Counted from the stretch's first letter, positions 39,281 through 51,697 are shown. The stretch: 64,000 nucleotides of DNA from Microbotryum violaceum (GCA_001244265.2 CDLV01000005.1:806001-870000); one strand, 5' to 3'. The notes: generated from the sequence alone by a model not told the origin. A program made the numbers and translations.

Positions 39281-39788
39281 AAAGATCCATCGCTTCGTTT
39301 TCCTCGTCGTCCAGCACCACTGCCGGGAGCGGAAGGTTGTTAGTTCGCTCCTCCGTTTATTTTTATTCTATTTGGCAGATTTTAATACCTAGAAACCTTC
39401 GGAAAAGTCGGAGGAAATGCTCTTACGCACACTGCCTGCTTGGTCAGGATCTACCTAGATATTTCTCGTGCCTGTGACCCGTCGTAACGCCTTGCCTTAC
39501 AGCGGAGTCGGCGGACGGCCACGGATCGTCTAGACAGGCACAATGAGGAGCAGCTAATGCAGGCGGGCTTCTATTCCTCCGACCCATCTTCAATTCCTCC
39601 TCGAGGTGTACCAACAGCGAGAAAATTATGTGATCTTGACCCTCGAGCAGCTTCTTCATCTCCCAGCTCTGAGTCGCTTATTTGTGTCTGTGCTTCATCA
39701 ATTGGGTGGAATAAACAAAATAACGACATGAAAATAAAATGAACGAAATAAGGCACAATCCGTCATCCATCAAAAATCAAAAGCATCG

Positions 39789-42700
39789 CTAGACCATGCC
39801 CAACCTCGACTTGGGTCTTTCGCCCAGCGGTCGATCCGTCGCGCGTGTCCCACTTGGAATCATCCTAGGACTGTTCATGTAAACGGTCGAAGGCGTGGTC
39901 GTCGTCTTATTACGCTGCAGAGGTGCCGACGCGCTCGCGTGGTATGCGACCGCAATCGAGCCCATGGTCTTGGCTCGCAAGTCCCCCGGAGGCGCTTTGC
40001 GCTTCCTCGTCATCTCTTCAATCACTCGACTTTCCTCTTCGCGCGAGTTCTCTTGTTCTTCCAAAGCGTCGATCAGCTCCGTGACGCTGCGGCGGCGACC
40101 AAGCGTCATCTCCTTTTCAACGTAGGCCGCTGGGGGATCAAATAAGGATGAACGGAGGGGTACAATTTTGCGACCCGAGTCGGTGACGGTCTCGCGCGGG
40201 ATCGACATGTCAGCGAAGCGCAAGGGCTGGACGTCCTCGGACCAAACCCTTCGTTCGGCCATCTCGGGTCCGGGACTGCCCGACGAGGAAGTGGTGCACG
40301 ACTCGTCCACTCGGCCACTGTTGTCTTGTTGTGCTGGTGCAGAGGGTGATCGTCGCACAAAAGAACCGAGATATCTCATCAATTTGCGCGCCGTGCTGGG
40401 TGGGCACTCTTGCTCCGCTTGATCCACCTCACGCGGCGCGGGAGTGCCTTCTCGTTCGCTTTCGTCAGCGAGGCCCCACGACTGCGAGGGGAGCTTGGGC
40501 TTCTCGATCGGCGCGTCGTCATAGAGGTACGCAAAGCGACTGCTGGCGAGAGCCAGCGGTGGGACGATGGGCAGCTCTTCCTCCTCGTCTTCGCCCTCCT
40601 CGAGCGGCCGGATCTCGATCTCCGTGGGGAGCTTGAGCTGACGAGGGCCACGACTGAAGAAGGTGTCGTCTTCAGCGTCGTGTTCGGGGCCGTCGTCGTC
40701 TGACAACTCCGAAGCGGGCAAGGACGGAGGCAAGACCTCGCGCTGCTTTCCCTTGGCGACCGCGCGAGAGAGCTCGAGGTCGAGCGTAGCGACGCGGCCT
40801 TGCGAGGGCTCGGAAGTCGAGGCGACTGAATGAGAGCGCAAGGAGCGCGTCTGTGAGCGACGAGCCCGCAGTGCCGTAATGCGCGTCACCATCTTCTCTC
40901 TGTCGAGCGTGTAGCAGAAGAATGCAGGTCAGCACATTAAACACCATGGAAACAGCATGGAAAACGCACCTTGACCAGTCCCCTACAAGCTCAGTCTCGT
41001 GCACATGGACGCGATCCAAAAACTTCATGATGACCGTTCGAACATTGACGGGCTCTCCCGTCTGCTTCGTTTCCCGCTCATGCTCGACCAGGGCTTTCTC
41101 CAAGGCCCTCCACTCCACCGAGGTCCACGATTCGGTGGTCGATCTCCCACCTTCGCTCGTGGCACGTACGCTCAGCGTCTTTCGGCGCAAGTCCATGCCG
41201 GGCACTGTAGAGACCTTCTTGACGGTTCTCAAGACTTCGCCCTCGGCTCGATTGAGCAATCGGCGAACGTCATTCTCGTCGACGATCGGCGGCCCCTCGA
41301 CGGGGGGCAACTGCACCGAAATACCCTGTTCGACGTACGAGTGGTAAACCTTGAGGATCGCAGCGGCTCGCGCAGCAGCCTGGGGATCCGGAGAAGTGAT
41401 CTCGACGACCGGAAAAGTCGGGTGGGAAGGTCGAGGCGCACGGTGGCTGCTTTGAGAAGATGTCATCGATGCTCGAGTGCTACGCGCCGAGGGGACGGGA
41501 GTCGATCGAGATGGGCCAGCGTGGGGTTCAAGACGCGGTGATGAGACCTTGCTCGCGCCGACGAACAGCACTTGGCGCAACATATCGATCCCCCTTTGGA
41601 CCTTGCCGCTGCTCTGCAATCGCTCCACCGACGCGGGTATCTTGGAAGTCGATTGGTACAGGGTGCGAATCGGCGAAGCGTCGCGACGCTCGGGTGTCGA
41701 AGACGCCAACTCGGCCGCTCGAGGGGACAGGCCGGCAAGGCTGGAGAGCACAGGTCGAATCGGCGAAGGGCTGCTCATGTGGATGTCGACGGCGTTCGAC
41801 GCGGTCCGCGTAGGAGTCGTCTGAACCATGAGCGATCCTTCGGCGAGAGCCAAGGGCAAGGTTGACAGTTCGTCGGGAGCAAGGTTCTCGGATTGAGGCA
41901 CGTGGGAAGACGAGGAAAGGGGCGAGCGACGATGGGTGAAGCCAGCCGAAAAGACGTCGGGTTTGACATCCTCTTGAAAGCTCGGCGGGCTCATGGCGTC
42001 GCTTCGGGAGGTAGGACCAGATGAACTCTGCATCGGTGGCGCGGGCTCTTCTGCAGCCTCGAACCGATCTTCTTCCTGCTCCTGCCCGTCCTCCTCGGCT
42101 TCGACTTCGACCCGCGCAGGAGACGGCGGCAGCTCTGGGGCGGTAGAGGGCCGCGTAGTCGCCAAGAGCGCATTAATCTGCGAGAACGGACTAACAGTTC
42201 GGCTGACATTTGGTGACGTTTCTCTAGCGCTTCGCATGGGCGTCGGACGTTCGCTCGAAGAAGCTGCTGAAAGAGGCTCAGCCGTCGAGGGCGCCACGGC
42301 GGGGACGGCGGGGGTCGGACGCATCGGGGAGATGGACTCGACCTTAGCCGTCTTACGCACTGGAGATAGCAATTCTGCGAGACGCGCAGCCAGGTTCTGT
42401 CGGACCAGTGATCCACCACTGGGCGAGACCGTATCACCGACAGTCGAGAGTTTGGGGTCGTGATAAGGATCTCGCGACCTCGGTCGCATGCTCGGCAGCT
42501 GGCTGAAGGGCGATCCGAGGAACATTGAAGGTTCCGAAGGCAGATCGACACGAGCAGGATTGAGAGAGGAGAAAATCCGGGGAGGCGAAGTGGAGGGGTC
42601 CCTCAGCGAGATCTCGGAATCGACGGCTCCGGGAGGGGGTGTCGGGATGCGCAGCGACTGCGATTGCGTGAGCGGAGGCGACATGGGCGCGCGCCCCAGA

Positions 42701-44226
42701 CCAAAGTACTCGTTGCCATCATCTTCGGTTGCCTGGGGTTGGACGCCTTCGTTCACCCGGAGTTCATTGGCATGGTGGACAGCCGGGTCGATGATTTCAT
42801 CTTCGACGTCATCCTCGTCACTCTCTTGATCCCGTAGTGCGAGAAAGTCGAAGCGATTGACCGGCTCGACGACCTCGTCAGGGATCCAGTCATGTTCTAT
42901 CCCGCCATAATCAGAAGAGTCTTCTACTTCCTCCTGAACTTTGGTCCCATGATTGTCGTCAAATCCGTTGCCGGGACCTTCGTCGATGGTGCCGGATCCG
43001 AGCGGTGCCAAGTCCACGTCGTTCCAATCATACGGCTCTGCTTCGCGCGGAGTTTGACGCTCTGGTGATACTGAGGACAGCTGCATGACCTCGATGTCAA
43101 GCTGACTGGCATTATTATCCTGCTGGCCCTTGTTTGACACTCGTCGCGACCTTGCCACACTGCTCGTGCGTGATCTAAGCCTCGATGATGTGGACTGCGA
43201 TCGCCACGAAGCTTGTTCGGCTGGCACATCTACGCTCTCGCTCCGAGGTCTTCCTTCGCCTTTGCCGCGTGTCTCGTCGCTGCCCTTGAGCAAGATGGGG
43301 TCGTCGCTGTCGCTCTCGGGGTGGTGGTCGACGGAGACAGGCAATATTTCGCTCGGGACGGGGACAAACGAGCTTCTCCGTCGCTTCGGCCCCGTTCCCT
43401 TTCCTCTCGGCGTCGTCTTGGACGTGGTTGCCGTTGGTTTGGGCGAAGCGCGTGATGTACCCGACGATTGTCTACGGTTGGTCGCACCGGCTTGGGGCGA
43501 AGGGACTGGTGACGCCGAGGTCGAGCTGCGCCGCCGGGTGGGTTTCGTCATGTGAGCCGCGGTGACCTGAATCGTCTCGAGATCCACTGTGGTCGAAGGT
43601 GGGGCAAGAAGCTACAGGCAAAAAGGGTCGAGTCAGCAAAGATATAACTCGTCATCTTTGGGCGAAAATATGCTGACCTGAGTGCTCGAGCGCCTCGGCC
43701 GGGACGATCCTGCAACCGCTCTCTCCTGTGAGAGTCGAGATTTGTTGGTCTTTGGCACCGCTCGTTGAGGACTTTGACTATTGGGTGGGGTTGGCATGAT
43801 CGAGGTCTCGTTTGAATCGAAGCCGAGCTGGGACTGCGAATCGTCGCCGCCGCCGTCGCGCGCATCACGTGCTTCTGCGTGGTCGTCCGGGTCTTGATGG
43901 TCGCTCGTTGGCAGTTGTACCAGCAACGACGGTCTGGCGCTCGACGAAGGTTTTGCAATTCTGCGGGGCGAGCCGTCTGTGATGATGACGTTGGTAACGG
44001 CCGTAAAGGGTTGTCGTCGGGTCGTGGCTGGAGACGCTGAGAGGGCGGTCGGAGGCTTCGTTGAAGGACCGCGTGCGAGAGCGGGCATCAACGGCGGTGC
44101 GGGTGACGGAGCGCGTTGCAAGGCTTTTACACGTCCCTGAAGCAGGCCGACGGAGGATGATCGATAGGGTGTGTTCTCATCGCGGGCATGGGCTGCAGTC
44201 GAAGAGGGTTGACGTGGGGCAAACAT
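39789..44226 (-). CDS. Large low-complexity Ser/Pro/Arg-rich hypothetical protein, 3 exons
   Basis: ORFs 43633-44226, 40672-43587 and 39789-40892 separated by GT..AG introns. Confidence 0.72.
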
Positions 44227-45507
44227 CCGGGAAAGGGGCTAGTTCGTTGCGTGTCTGAGCGTGTTTGGGGCCGCCAAGTCCAGTCAGTCGGCCGGTCCGT
44301 CGCACGCGTTCCTGCCAGAAGTCACAACTGGCAGTAGCAACAGCGGTGCTTTGAGCTTCATCAGTCAATATCCGTTTCGGGTGATATATAGGACTTGGGC
44401 TTCCCTTCGACGTACCTCTTTTGACGCGGCGTGGTCCGGTCTAAAGCGCACTGTTGATCGGTCAATCAACAATCGCCCAACTTCGGTGATCAAGGCGATT
44501 GAGGGTTCGATACACTGATGCACTGAGAGTATTAGGCGGCCAAGAAAGGGAGCGTATTGCTAAAGAAGTTGCTAACAGGTCGAAGGGTTCGGAGTTGAAG
44601 GTAATGATCGCCGGCTGAGCTCCAATGAGCTCATTCAAGCGCGCTGGCCGGCGAAAGCGACGAAATGCGGGAGGTCCGAGCGCTGATAACAGCCTCAGCA
44701 GGCTCTAGCCTGTGCCCCTGCACCGACCCCGGCCTCTTGAATCACCTGAGCCTGATGCGAGCCACGAGCTAAGCATGTCTACGCAGTCCCAATTTTCAAC
44801 CAAGTCGAATATCTAGGTAACTGAATCTTATTGTCGAGGTATGTAAGAAGTCAGCGGACGAGCGGTACTATCACTCAGCAGTGGCGTCGAGCTTCTTTCG
44901 GATCGTTTTCAACACTGCAGAGACGAGCACATCTTCTCAATAAGATTCCAGCTCCGTGGAGTGCGAGAGCGACTTACCCCCTTCGTTGAAGCCAGTCGGA
45001 TCGAAGGTGTAGACCCCTTTGAGCCCTTGCGACAAGGCGTATTTCTGTCAGGAGGGGAAGAGATTAGCTCAGTTCACAACTTAACGCGACTAGCAAGCTC
45101 GGACTCACGGTCTTCTCACCCGCAGAAGACGCATCATCATAGTTGATCATCACTTTGGTCTTCAAGTTGAACAGGAAAGGGGTGGCGGAGCAAGCATCGA
45201 CATGACGCGTCCATCCCCTCGAGCCGACCCGATGCCGTTCAAAGACAGGAGCTATGGCATGAAAAATCGTCCGGATTCCGATTGAGTGGAGCGCATGAAT
45301 GAAGGAAGCAAAGCTCTTATAAACGCTCCATACTCACACGACATAATTACACATCCCGGTGTACGAAGCCGTTCTCACACCACAGACATCGACGACGGTA
45401 TTATTCGCCTCCGTCCTGTTCTTCGTGAACACATTACGCATGTCCTAGCAGATTTGCGAATGTTGGAATCAGCGATGATCCCGAAATGATCAACAAAAGA
45501 AGAAGAA

Positions 45508-45579
45508 CGGCTGGACCAGGAGTCGAACCTGGGTCGCTTCCATTAATCGGAAAAGCTTTGACCACTAAGCTATCCGGCC
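45508..45579 (-). tRNA. tRNA-like gene (72 nt) with atypical anticodon loop GA-TTA-AT, nested in a chitinase intron
   Basis: GGCCGGA/TCCAGCC acceptor (one mismatch), GCTT/AAGC D stem with AGTGG, TTTCC/GGAAG anticodon stem, CCAGG-TTCGACT-CCTGG T arm, TTTT ~10 nt downstream. Confidence 0.75.
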
Positions 45580-45650
45580 CCTGATATCAGTGCAAGGTCT
45601 ACTAACACCTTCAACAACGAAGTGAACCCCTTGATCTTCTGAGACTTGAG

Positions 45651-45771
45651 GGTTTGACTTTCACCCAACTGCTTGCTGTCGTTGCTTTATAACCTCCTTC
45701 AGCTCTTTTTGTAGCGGTCCCAGCCAACCCGAAGGATTGCAATTTATGAGCCCCAGTCAAAAAAAAAAAAA
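45651..45771 (+). mobile_element. Family A LINE 3' fragment plus A13
   Basis: Matches ~32519-32639. Confidence 0.88.
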
Positions 45772-46325
45772 GCGGAGCTCGTTCGTTTTATTGGATCGTT
45801 TTTTTGCCCGACTTCCGACGGCTCAACAGCCAGTACTCGAGACTCAGCCAAGGAGGGCCATCGGGCGTTGTCGGGGTGACGAGTAGCTGGGGCTTGGCTG
45901 CGGCCTGTTGGTCTTTGGGGACCTCTATCCCTGGCTTCGACCCCTTTCTTGGTCCCTCGGGTGTGTCCCCCCTCCTCCCCCTCCTTTCCCCTTGTTTTAG
46001 TATTTTCCTTTCTCGGTGTTCCCGTTTGTGACTTTCTGTATATTCTCTTCCTTCTTTCTCTAGGCGCTCTTGCCTGGTTTCGAGTATCTTCGCTCCCGCG
46101 CTTGGGACGTGAAGCGGCAGCAGTACTCACCGCCCATTGGAGTCCGCGTTAGGTGCTCGGCGGGCTTTGATCTGCGCAGCGCTCTTTGCGCGCAGGGGTT
46201 TGATTTTCACCCAGCTGCTTGTCGTCGTTGCTTTATTACCTCTTTTAGCTCTTTTTGTAGCGGTTCTAGCCAACCCGAAGGATTGTAATTTATGAGCCCA
46301 GTTAAACAAAAAAAAACGAAAAAAA
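45772..46325 (+). mobile_element. Diverged family A LINE 3' fragment with degenerate A tail
   Basis: Colinear with ~32110-32626 with many substitutions. Confidence 0.88.
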
Positions 46326-47558
46326 CGGAGCAGCTGACTATGGGGCTCCCCCTTTTGCGGGGTAGTGGGAGAACGACCTCGAAATGGATGTGGGTTCGGC
46401 TGGCTTGCGCGATCGGCTTCCAGCGGCTGCACCTGCTCCGCTGGCGCGTTCATCAGCGGTTCGAGCTGGACAAGGTCGTGGCCCCTCCCTCGATCCCCAG
46501 TGCACTCAGAGCGTTCGAGCGAGATTTTCTCTCTCGAGCGGGTTTTGTGCCTGGGGCTCGAGATTGGGAGGTGTGATGACCGAGTTAAGTCGTTCCTTCC
46601 CATTTTCCTCCCCTCCTTTCCTCCCTTCTTTTTCGGAGGTCGACTCCTCTTTTGTGAGCTGACTGTCTTGGAACTTGTTGCGCAGTGGAAGGCTGCGCAC
46701 CTCTCTCTCTCTCTCTCTCTCTACTTTGCGCAGTAGCGGTTTTCGTTCTTGGATCGATCGGCAAGCCAGTACGAGCGTCTTTGCGTTGGAGGCTTTGTGA
46801 AGTTTTGCCCTCTCCTTTCCCCCCTTTTTCCCTTCCCTTCCTCTTCTCGTTCCTGTTGCTCAGTTGTTGACTACGCTTCAGCCACTTCTCCTTTTACTCC
46901 TAAGCCGTGTGTTGGATTCCGTTGAATGGTTCGTTCGTTCGCGTTGGTCAAGATCTACGGCATGGCTCGGGAAGGAAGGTCGCTCGTTTCTGGTCAATAT
47001 CCTCGCGTCAAGGCGAGGCTCGTTTCGTTGTACTGGCTCGCTTTTATCTCGGCCCCGACGGCTCAACAGCCAGCACTCGAGATTCAGCCAAGGGAGGACA
47101 TCAGGCGCTGTCGGGGTGACGAGTAGCTGGGGCTTGGCTGCGGCCTGTTAGTCCCTGGGGACCTCTACCTCCGGCTTCAACCCCCTCCCCTGGCCCCTCG
47201 GGTGTGCTCCCCTCCTCTCTGTCTTAGTATTCCTGGTTCTCCGTATGCCCGTTTGTGACTTTCTGTATATTCTCTTCCTTCTTTCTCTAGGCGCTCTTGC
47301 CTGGTTTTCGAGTATCTTCGCTCCCGCTCTTGGGACGTGAAGCGGCAGCAGTACTCACCGCCCGTTTGAGTCCGCGTTAGGTGCTCGGCGGGTTTTGATC
47401 TGCGCAGCGCTCTTTGCGTGTAGGGGTTTGACTTTCACCCAACTGCTTGCCGTCGTTGCTTTATAACCTCCTTTAGCTCTTTTTGTAGCGTTCCCACCCA
47501 ACCCGAAGGATAGCAATTTATGAGCCCCAGTCAAAAAAAAAAAAAAAAAAAAAAAAAA
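46326..47558 (+). mobile_element. Family A LINE 3' fragment (end of ORF2 plus 3'UTR plus A26)
   Basis: Near-identical to 31423-32640; intact frame EQLTMGLPLLRG...ARDWEV*. Confidence 0.9.
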
Positions 47559-48284
47559 TGCGGAAAAATGCGGATGCGCCAAAAAAAAAAAAAAAGAGCC
47601 TGTACGAGTAGCCATAGGCAGGGATGCCGAGCATCATCTTGGAAACGGGGATCCCAGCCTTCTTGAACGTGTCGAACACCTCGACGACACTCGTCACGCT
47701 CTTGCATGTCCTCAGCCGGCAATTAGGCCCCGAGGTGGCTTCCCATGGTCCACCGACATCGTAATTCATCAAGTTAATAATGTCAAAGACTCTGCCGAAA
47801 TCGCTCATGTCCGCCAGGGAGCTGCCGTCGGGTCCTACCAATCCCGGGGTTGCAATGGAGGCGGTGATCAACTTTGACGGAAACCCTGTTCGGATCGAGC
47901 GACGATACCGTTGCTTCACAAAAAAATAATCCGGCTTCGGTCAGTAGCTCTTGCGCTGTAATTTGCTAAAATTCACGTGCTGGATTTGTCTTCTCTTTGT
48001 ATGTTTGCATGATGCAAAGAAGCCGTTCGGCATACTACGGCCAGCCAACCTTCGCCCAAACGCCACGTGACTCGAGGGCATTTTTGAGGCGAGTTCTGTG
48101 ACACTAACGTGGAATGGGAATGCAACGACGCGCTTCGGGCCTCAGCTAGCTGAATCTGCGTCTCATCTGAGACCATGGAAAGCACTCGCTATCGAGGTCC
48201 AGTATCACTGATAATTGACTTATTGGATATCATACAAGTGTCTATAGCTGCCTGCATAGGATACACAACAGATGATCCGCCGCT

Positions 48285-50046
48285 CTACATACTCGGATCC
48301 TTTGAAAAGCCCATGGGCCCGATCTCCTCAAATCTGCGCGTGTCCGACCCACCACTTCGAGTTACAGGAGTCTCCGACACCGAGCCTCCGAGCTCACTCG
48401 AAGACGTCGGATCCTGACGTAGCAGGGACATTTTGTCACGTTGCTTGAGCAATGCGTTGGCCCAAGCCGTTTCGTAAGTCAGGAGGACTTTGGAATAAAT
48501 CACCGCGAGTTGTTGCGTGCATTGAGACTGGTCGGGTAGTCCCAACATCAAAGCAACTTTCGGCCATGTTTGATCCGATTCAACCTGTTTGAAAAGATCG
48601 GATCAGGTCGAACGCATCGATGAACCAGGCGGTAGTCTTTTGCCGGCTCACTCGCTCGCCTCCCGGACCTAGGAGCATGACGGTTTGGAAAAGCCTGAAG
48701 AGATCGACCTTGATGCCATCGATTCGGTACCCGTTCCTGTCGACAATCACTCCTCCTCGACTCATGACCACTTCCAGACTGGTATAAAAGTCTGACTCTT
48801 TCAACTGCGGTCAGGTGGATTAAAAGTTAGGGTCAGATCTACACGCCATCGAAACCACGACGACGCCGGAACTCACCTCGTCTTGCATGCTCTGAAGCGT
48901 AGGATAACCCAGTGCAGCGCCCTCCGCCAAGCATTCCGTTGCTGACTTGGTTCCGACCCCAGATTCACGAAGTACACCGCCTGAAGCCGACGACTTCAGC
49001 ACCAAAGCTGGGGAAGCGTCAGCGCTCGAGATCTTCGGAACCCAAGGCTTTGAGAGAGCGGGCAGATCGCCTGTCGCATTAGGTGGAGCAGGTTCGGGAA
49101 TGGTCGGATAGGTCGATGGGTTCGATAGAGCGGCGTCTCGAGCGCGTTTCGCAGCTGCTACCTGGGCCCGAAGGCTTGGTGGGAGGTGGCTGAGATCGGG
49201 GCCGCTGAGAGTAGGTGCAGGTTGCTTCTTTGCTCGTCGGGAAGTGGATGCTTCCCCGGTGGTCGCGGATGTGGAGGTATTTGACGACTTCGTCAGCTCG
49301 GAGGGCGGCAGAAGACGAGCGTCCACCTCAGCCGTAGAAGTTGTTGCGGTAGGTTGAAATGATGGGGCGGTAGAGGCTACGGGTAAAAGAGGTGTCGGCT
49401 CGAACCCGAACATGGAAGAGGAGCTCGTATTCGCCAACGGCAGCTGAGATGGCGATGCATAGGAGTGAGGCGGTGGCGGTGGCAGTCCATACGGTGATAT
49501 ATACCGGAGAAAAGATTCTAGCTGTGTATTGTTCCATGCCGGCTGTGAGGAGATGGGAGAGGGAAAAGCGGGTGGAAGGCCCAAGTCCGCCGAGGAGCCC
49601 TTCGGTGGAAGCAGGGAGCTCTGGTGTAGATCAAAACCTTGAGAGACAAAAGAGGGGAAGAGGTTCGCATCTAGAGACGTCATGTTGTTGTCAGGATAGT
49701 TGAGCCCGTCGATCGGTCGTTCGCTGGCAAAACTGGGTACAGCGTCCTTGGAGGTCGGGAACGACGATGCGAGAAAGGATGTTTCATCAGAACGCTGATG
49801 GATTGAGGTTGAGTTGGTGTCGTCTAACATGTTGGTGTCGCCCAACATGTTGGTGTCGCCTACCATCCCGAACGGAGTAGAGAACTGTGTCAACAGCGCC
49901 TGCAGCGTCAAGTTGGCGTCCTCTTGCGACCAGTTCCAAGGACTATCCGAGTCACGATCCTGCGGAGGAGCATCACATTTTGCGAGCAGGCGAGATGAGC
50001 CCGGCGGAACGAGGACATAGGTGCGCTGAGTTGGCTCTAGAGACAT
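48285..50046 (-). CDS. ARID/BRIGHT DNA-binding domain protein
   Basis: IDGIKVDLFRLFQTV..GG..V, TWPKVALMLGL, QLAVIYSKVLLTYE; long disordered N-terminus. Confidence 0.8.
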
Positions 50047-50461
50047 GCCTGAGATGTTGTAGCATCGGAGCTTGACTGATACGGGCCACCCGCCTGCTGT
50101 GACGGCAGACTGAACGCTTGATCGCCGTACATCGCGACTGAGACTCGTTTCGCGCCGATCGCCTCTTCTTTGTGGTTCAGTACCGAGTTCGATTTAAGGT
50201 AGGACCACCATGAGGGATGGACGGAGGTGATCACGTCGGGGTGTTTCGCTCGTTGGTGTATTGGACGGAGAAGCGCTGGCGGCGCGTAACTTTCGTGAAC
50301 TGGCTGGAAATCGATCGCCGACAGTTGCCGACCTTCGCCGAGCTGACTCATCAGCTTGAAGATGGCTTGAGACTCGAAGCGGCTCGATTCTAACACCCTT
50401 TATTTTGCATCACACAAACAGTACTAATTGATTAACAGACCGAAACTATAAGTAGTTCGAG

Positions 50462-51697
50462 TCACGCCAGCGCCATTCGCTTCCCAGAAAAGATCATTAC
50501 GTTGATCATGACCAAATTGGCAATCACGAGCGTCCCCAAAATAACCCCCGATGTGATCAACATGACTCTCCAGCCTCTCGAAAGACTCAGGCCCGTGGTC
50601 CCTCGGTCCTCAACCGACTTGCCCGGCTCGTCAATCGAATCCCAAGGGGCGATCTTGACGTGCCTCGAACTGCGACGACGGGCTAGGAGCTCGGCCCGCG
50701 AGCAACGTGACGCTGTGGATCGGTCCGATTTTTCCGTCATCTCGCCGTCGGGCGAGGCCACCTTTCCTTTAGGAAGATCGCTGACAAAGTCGAATCGGGT
50801 GAAAGGTCGGAGTTTGTCCTCGTTCGAACCAGGGAGGGTCGGAGAGAGCGTGCGTGGAAGGTCTTGGAGTCCGCGGAAGACAAAATCATCGATGTTAGGT
50901 CGGCCTCGGACTGCGCCGACACGAGCGGGACGACATAACTCGGACTCGAAGTTTGGAGGCTCGAAATCGGGGATGGGCGGACGTTGGATGGGGTGACGGA
51001 TTATGCGAACTTGTAGTTGGTGCGGTTCGAGAGGGGCACGCTGTCCTTCCGTAGCGTAAGTTTGGACCGAGGAGAGATCAGAGCTGTGGCAGTTTGCGCC
51101 GAGCGAGGAGGGGGCCAGACATTGGAGTGATGAGCGGGTCGAAGGTGATCGAGAGAAGCTTGAGTCCGGCAGAGTGAAGTGGGGCGGAATGATGACGGGC
51201 GGCTCCGACGAAGCTCCATGGTCGGTCGGTATTGGCGGAGTGCGCATGGGGACAGGGGAAGAAACAGCTCGACGAGCGTACGGGCGAGCGTGCGAGAGTC
51301 CAATGAGCTGGGCGTAGGCGATATGCAAACTGTCATCTCCGGCCGTGGAAGGCGTCGACGTCGAACTTGAAGGTCCAGGAGTCCAGGCCATCGGCTCGAC
51401 ATCAACAGCAGAGTGACAGCAGGACTCGCCACCGGTCGAGAACGAGGAAAGCCGGTCCTGGGTGCTCGTGTGTGAGGCCTGCATCGAGGGTGCACATGAC
51501 GCTACGGCCTCCGGTGAGGCTCTTTGAGCGTAGGGCGAAGGCAGAACCCGGTGCGAATAAGTCGAGATGATTCCGAAGGCGGGCCCGAAGGGCGAGGGTG
51601 CATCGTGTGTGGCCGATCGAGGGATTCGAACACGGAGGGGAGCAGAATTAGGCATGATCTTTCCACGAATCGACGGTGGGATCGTGAGTGCTGTCAA
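50462..51697 (-). CDS. Hypothetical Ser/Pro-rich protein with C-terminal transmembrane helix
   Basis: 411-aa ORF ending in VMLITSGVILGTLVIANLVMINVMIF. Confidence 0.6.
   Translation of the reverse strand: MTALTIPPSIRGKIMPNSAPLRVRIPRSATHDAPSPFGPAFGIISTYSHRVLPSPYAQRASPEAVASCAPSMQASHTSTQDRLSSFSTGGESCCHSAVDVEPMAWTPGPSSSTSTPSTAGDDSLHIAYAQLIGLSHARPYARRAVSSPVPMRTPPIPTDHGASSEPPVIIPPHFTLPDSSFSRSPSTRSSLQCLAPSSLGANCHSSDLSSVQTYATEGQRAPLEPHQLQVRIIRHPIQRPPIPDFEPPNFESELCRPARVGAVRGRPNIDDFVFRGLQDLPRTLSPTLPGSNEDKLRPFTRFDFVSDLPKGKVASPDGEMTEKSDRSTASRCSRAELLARRRSSRHVKIAPWDSIDEPGKSVEDRGTTGLSLSRGWRVMLITSGVILGTLVIANLVMINVMIFSGKRMALA

Larger units (their letters stand above)
44871..47900 (-). pseudogene. GH18 chitinase C-terminal half, split by a LINE array
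   Basis: INLMNYDVGGPW, KMMLGIPAYGYSYRL|KSQK, DVCG..YTG, CSATPFLFN..INYDD, YALSQGLKGVYTFD; stop at 44871; catalytic DxxDxDxE exon not found upstream. Confidence 0.8.

Noticed and set aside
47900-48280. N-terminal catalytic exon of the chitinase
   Set aside because: No DxxDxDxE motif found before the end of the ARID gene; the chitinase appears 5'-truncated.
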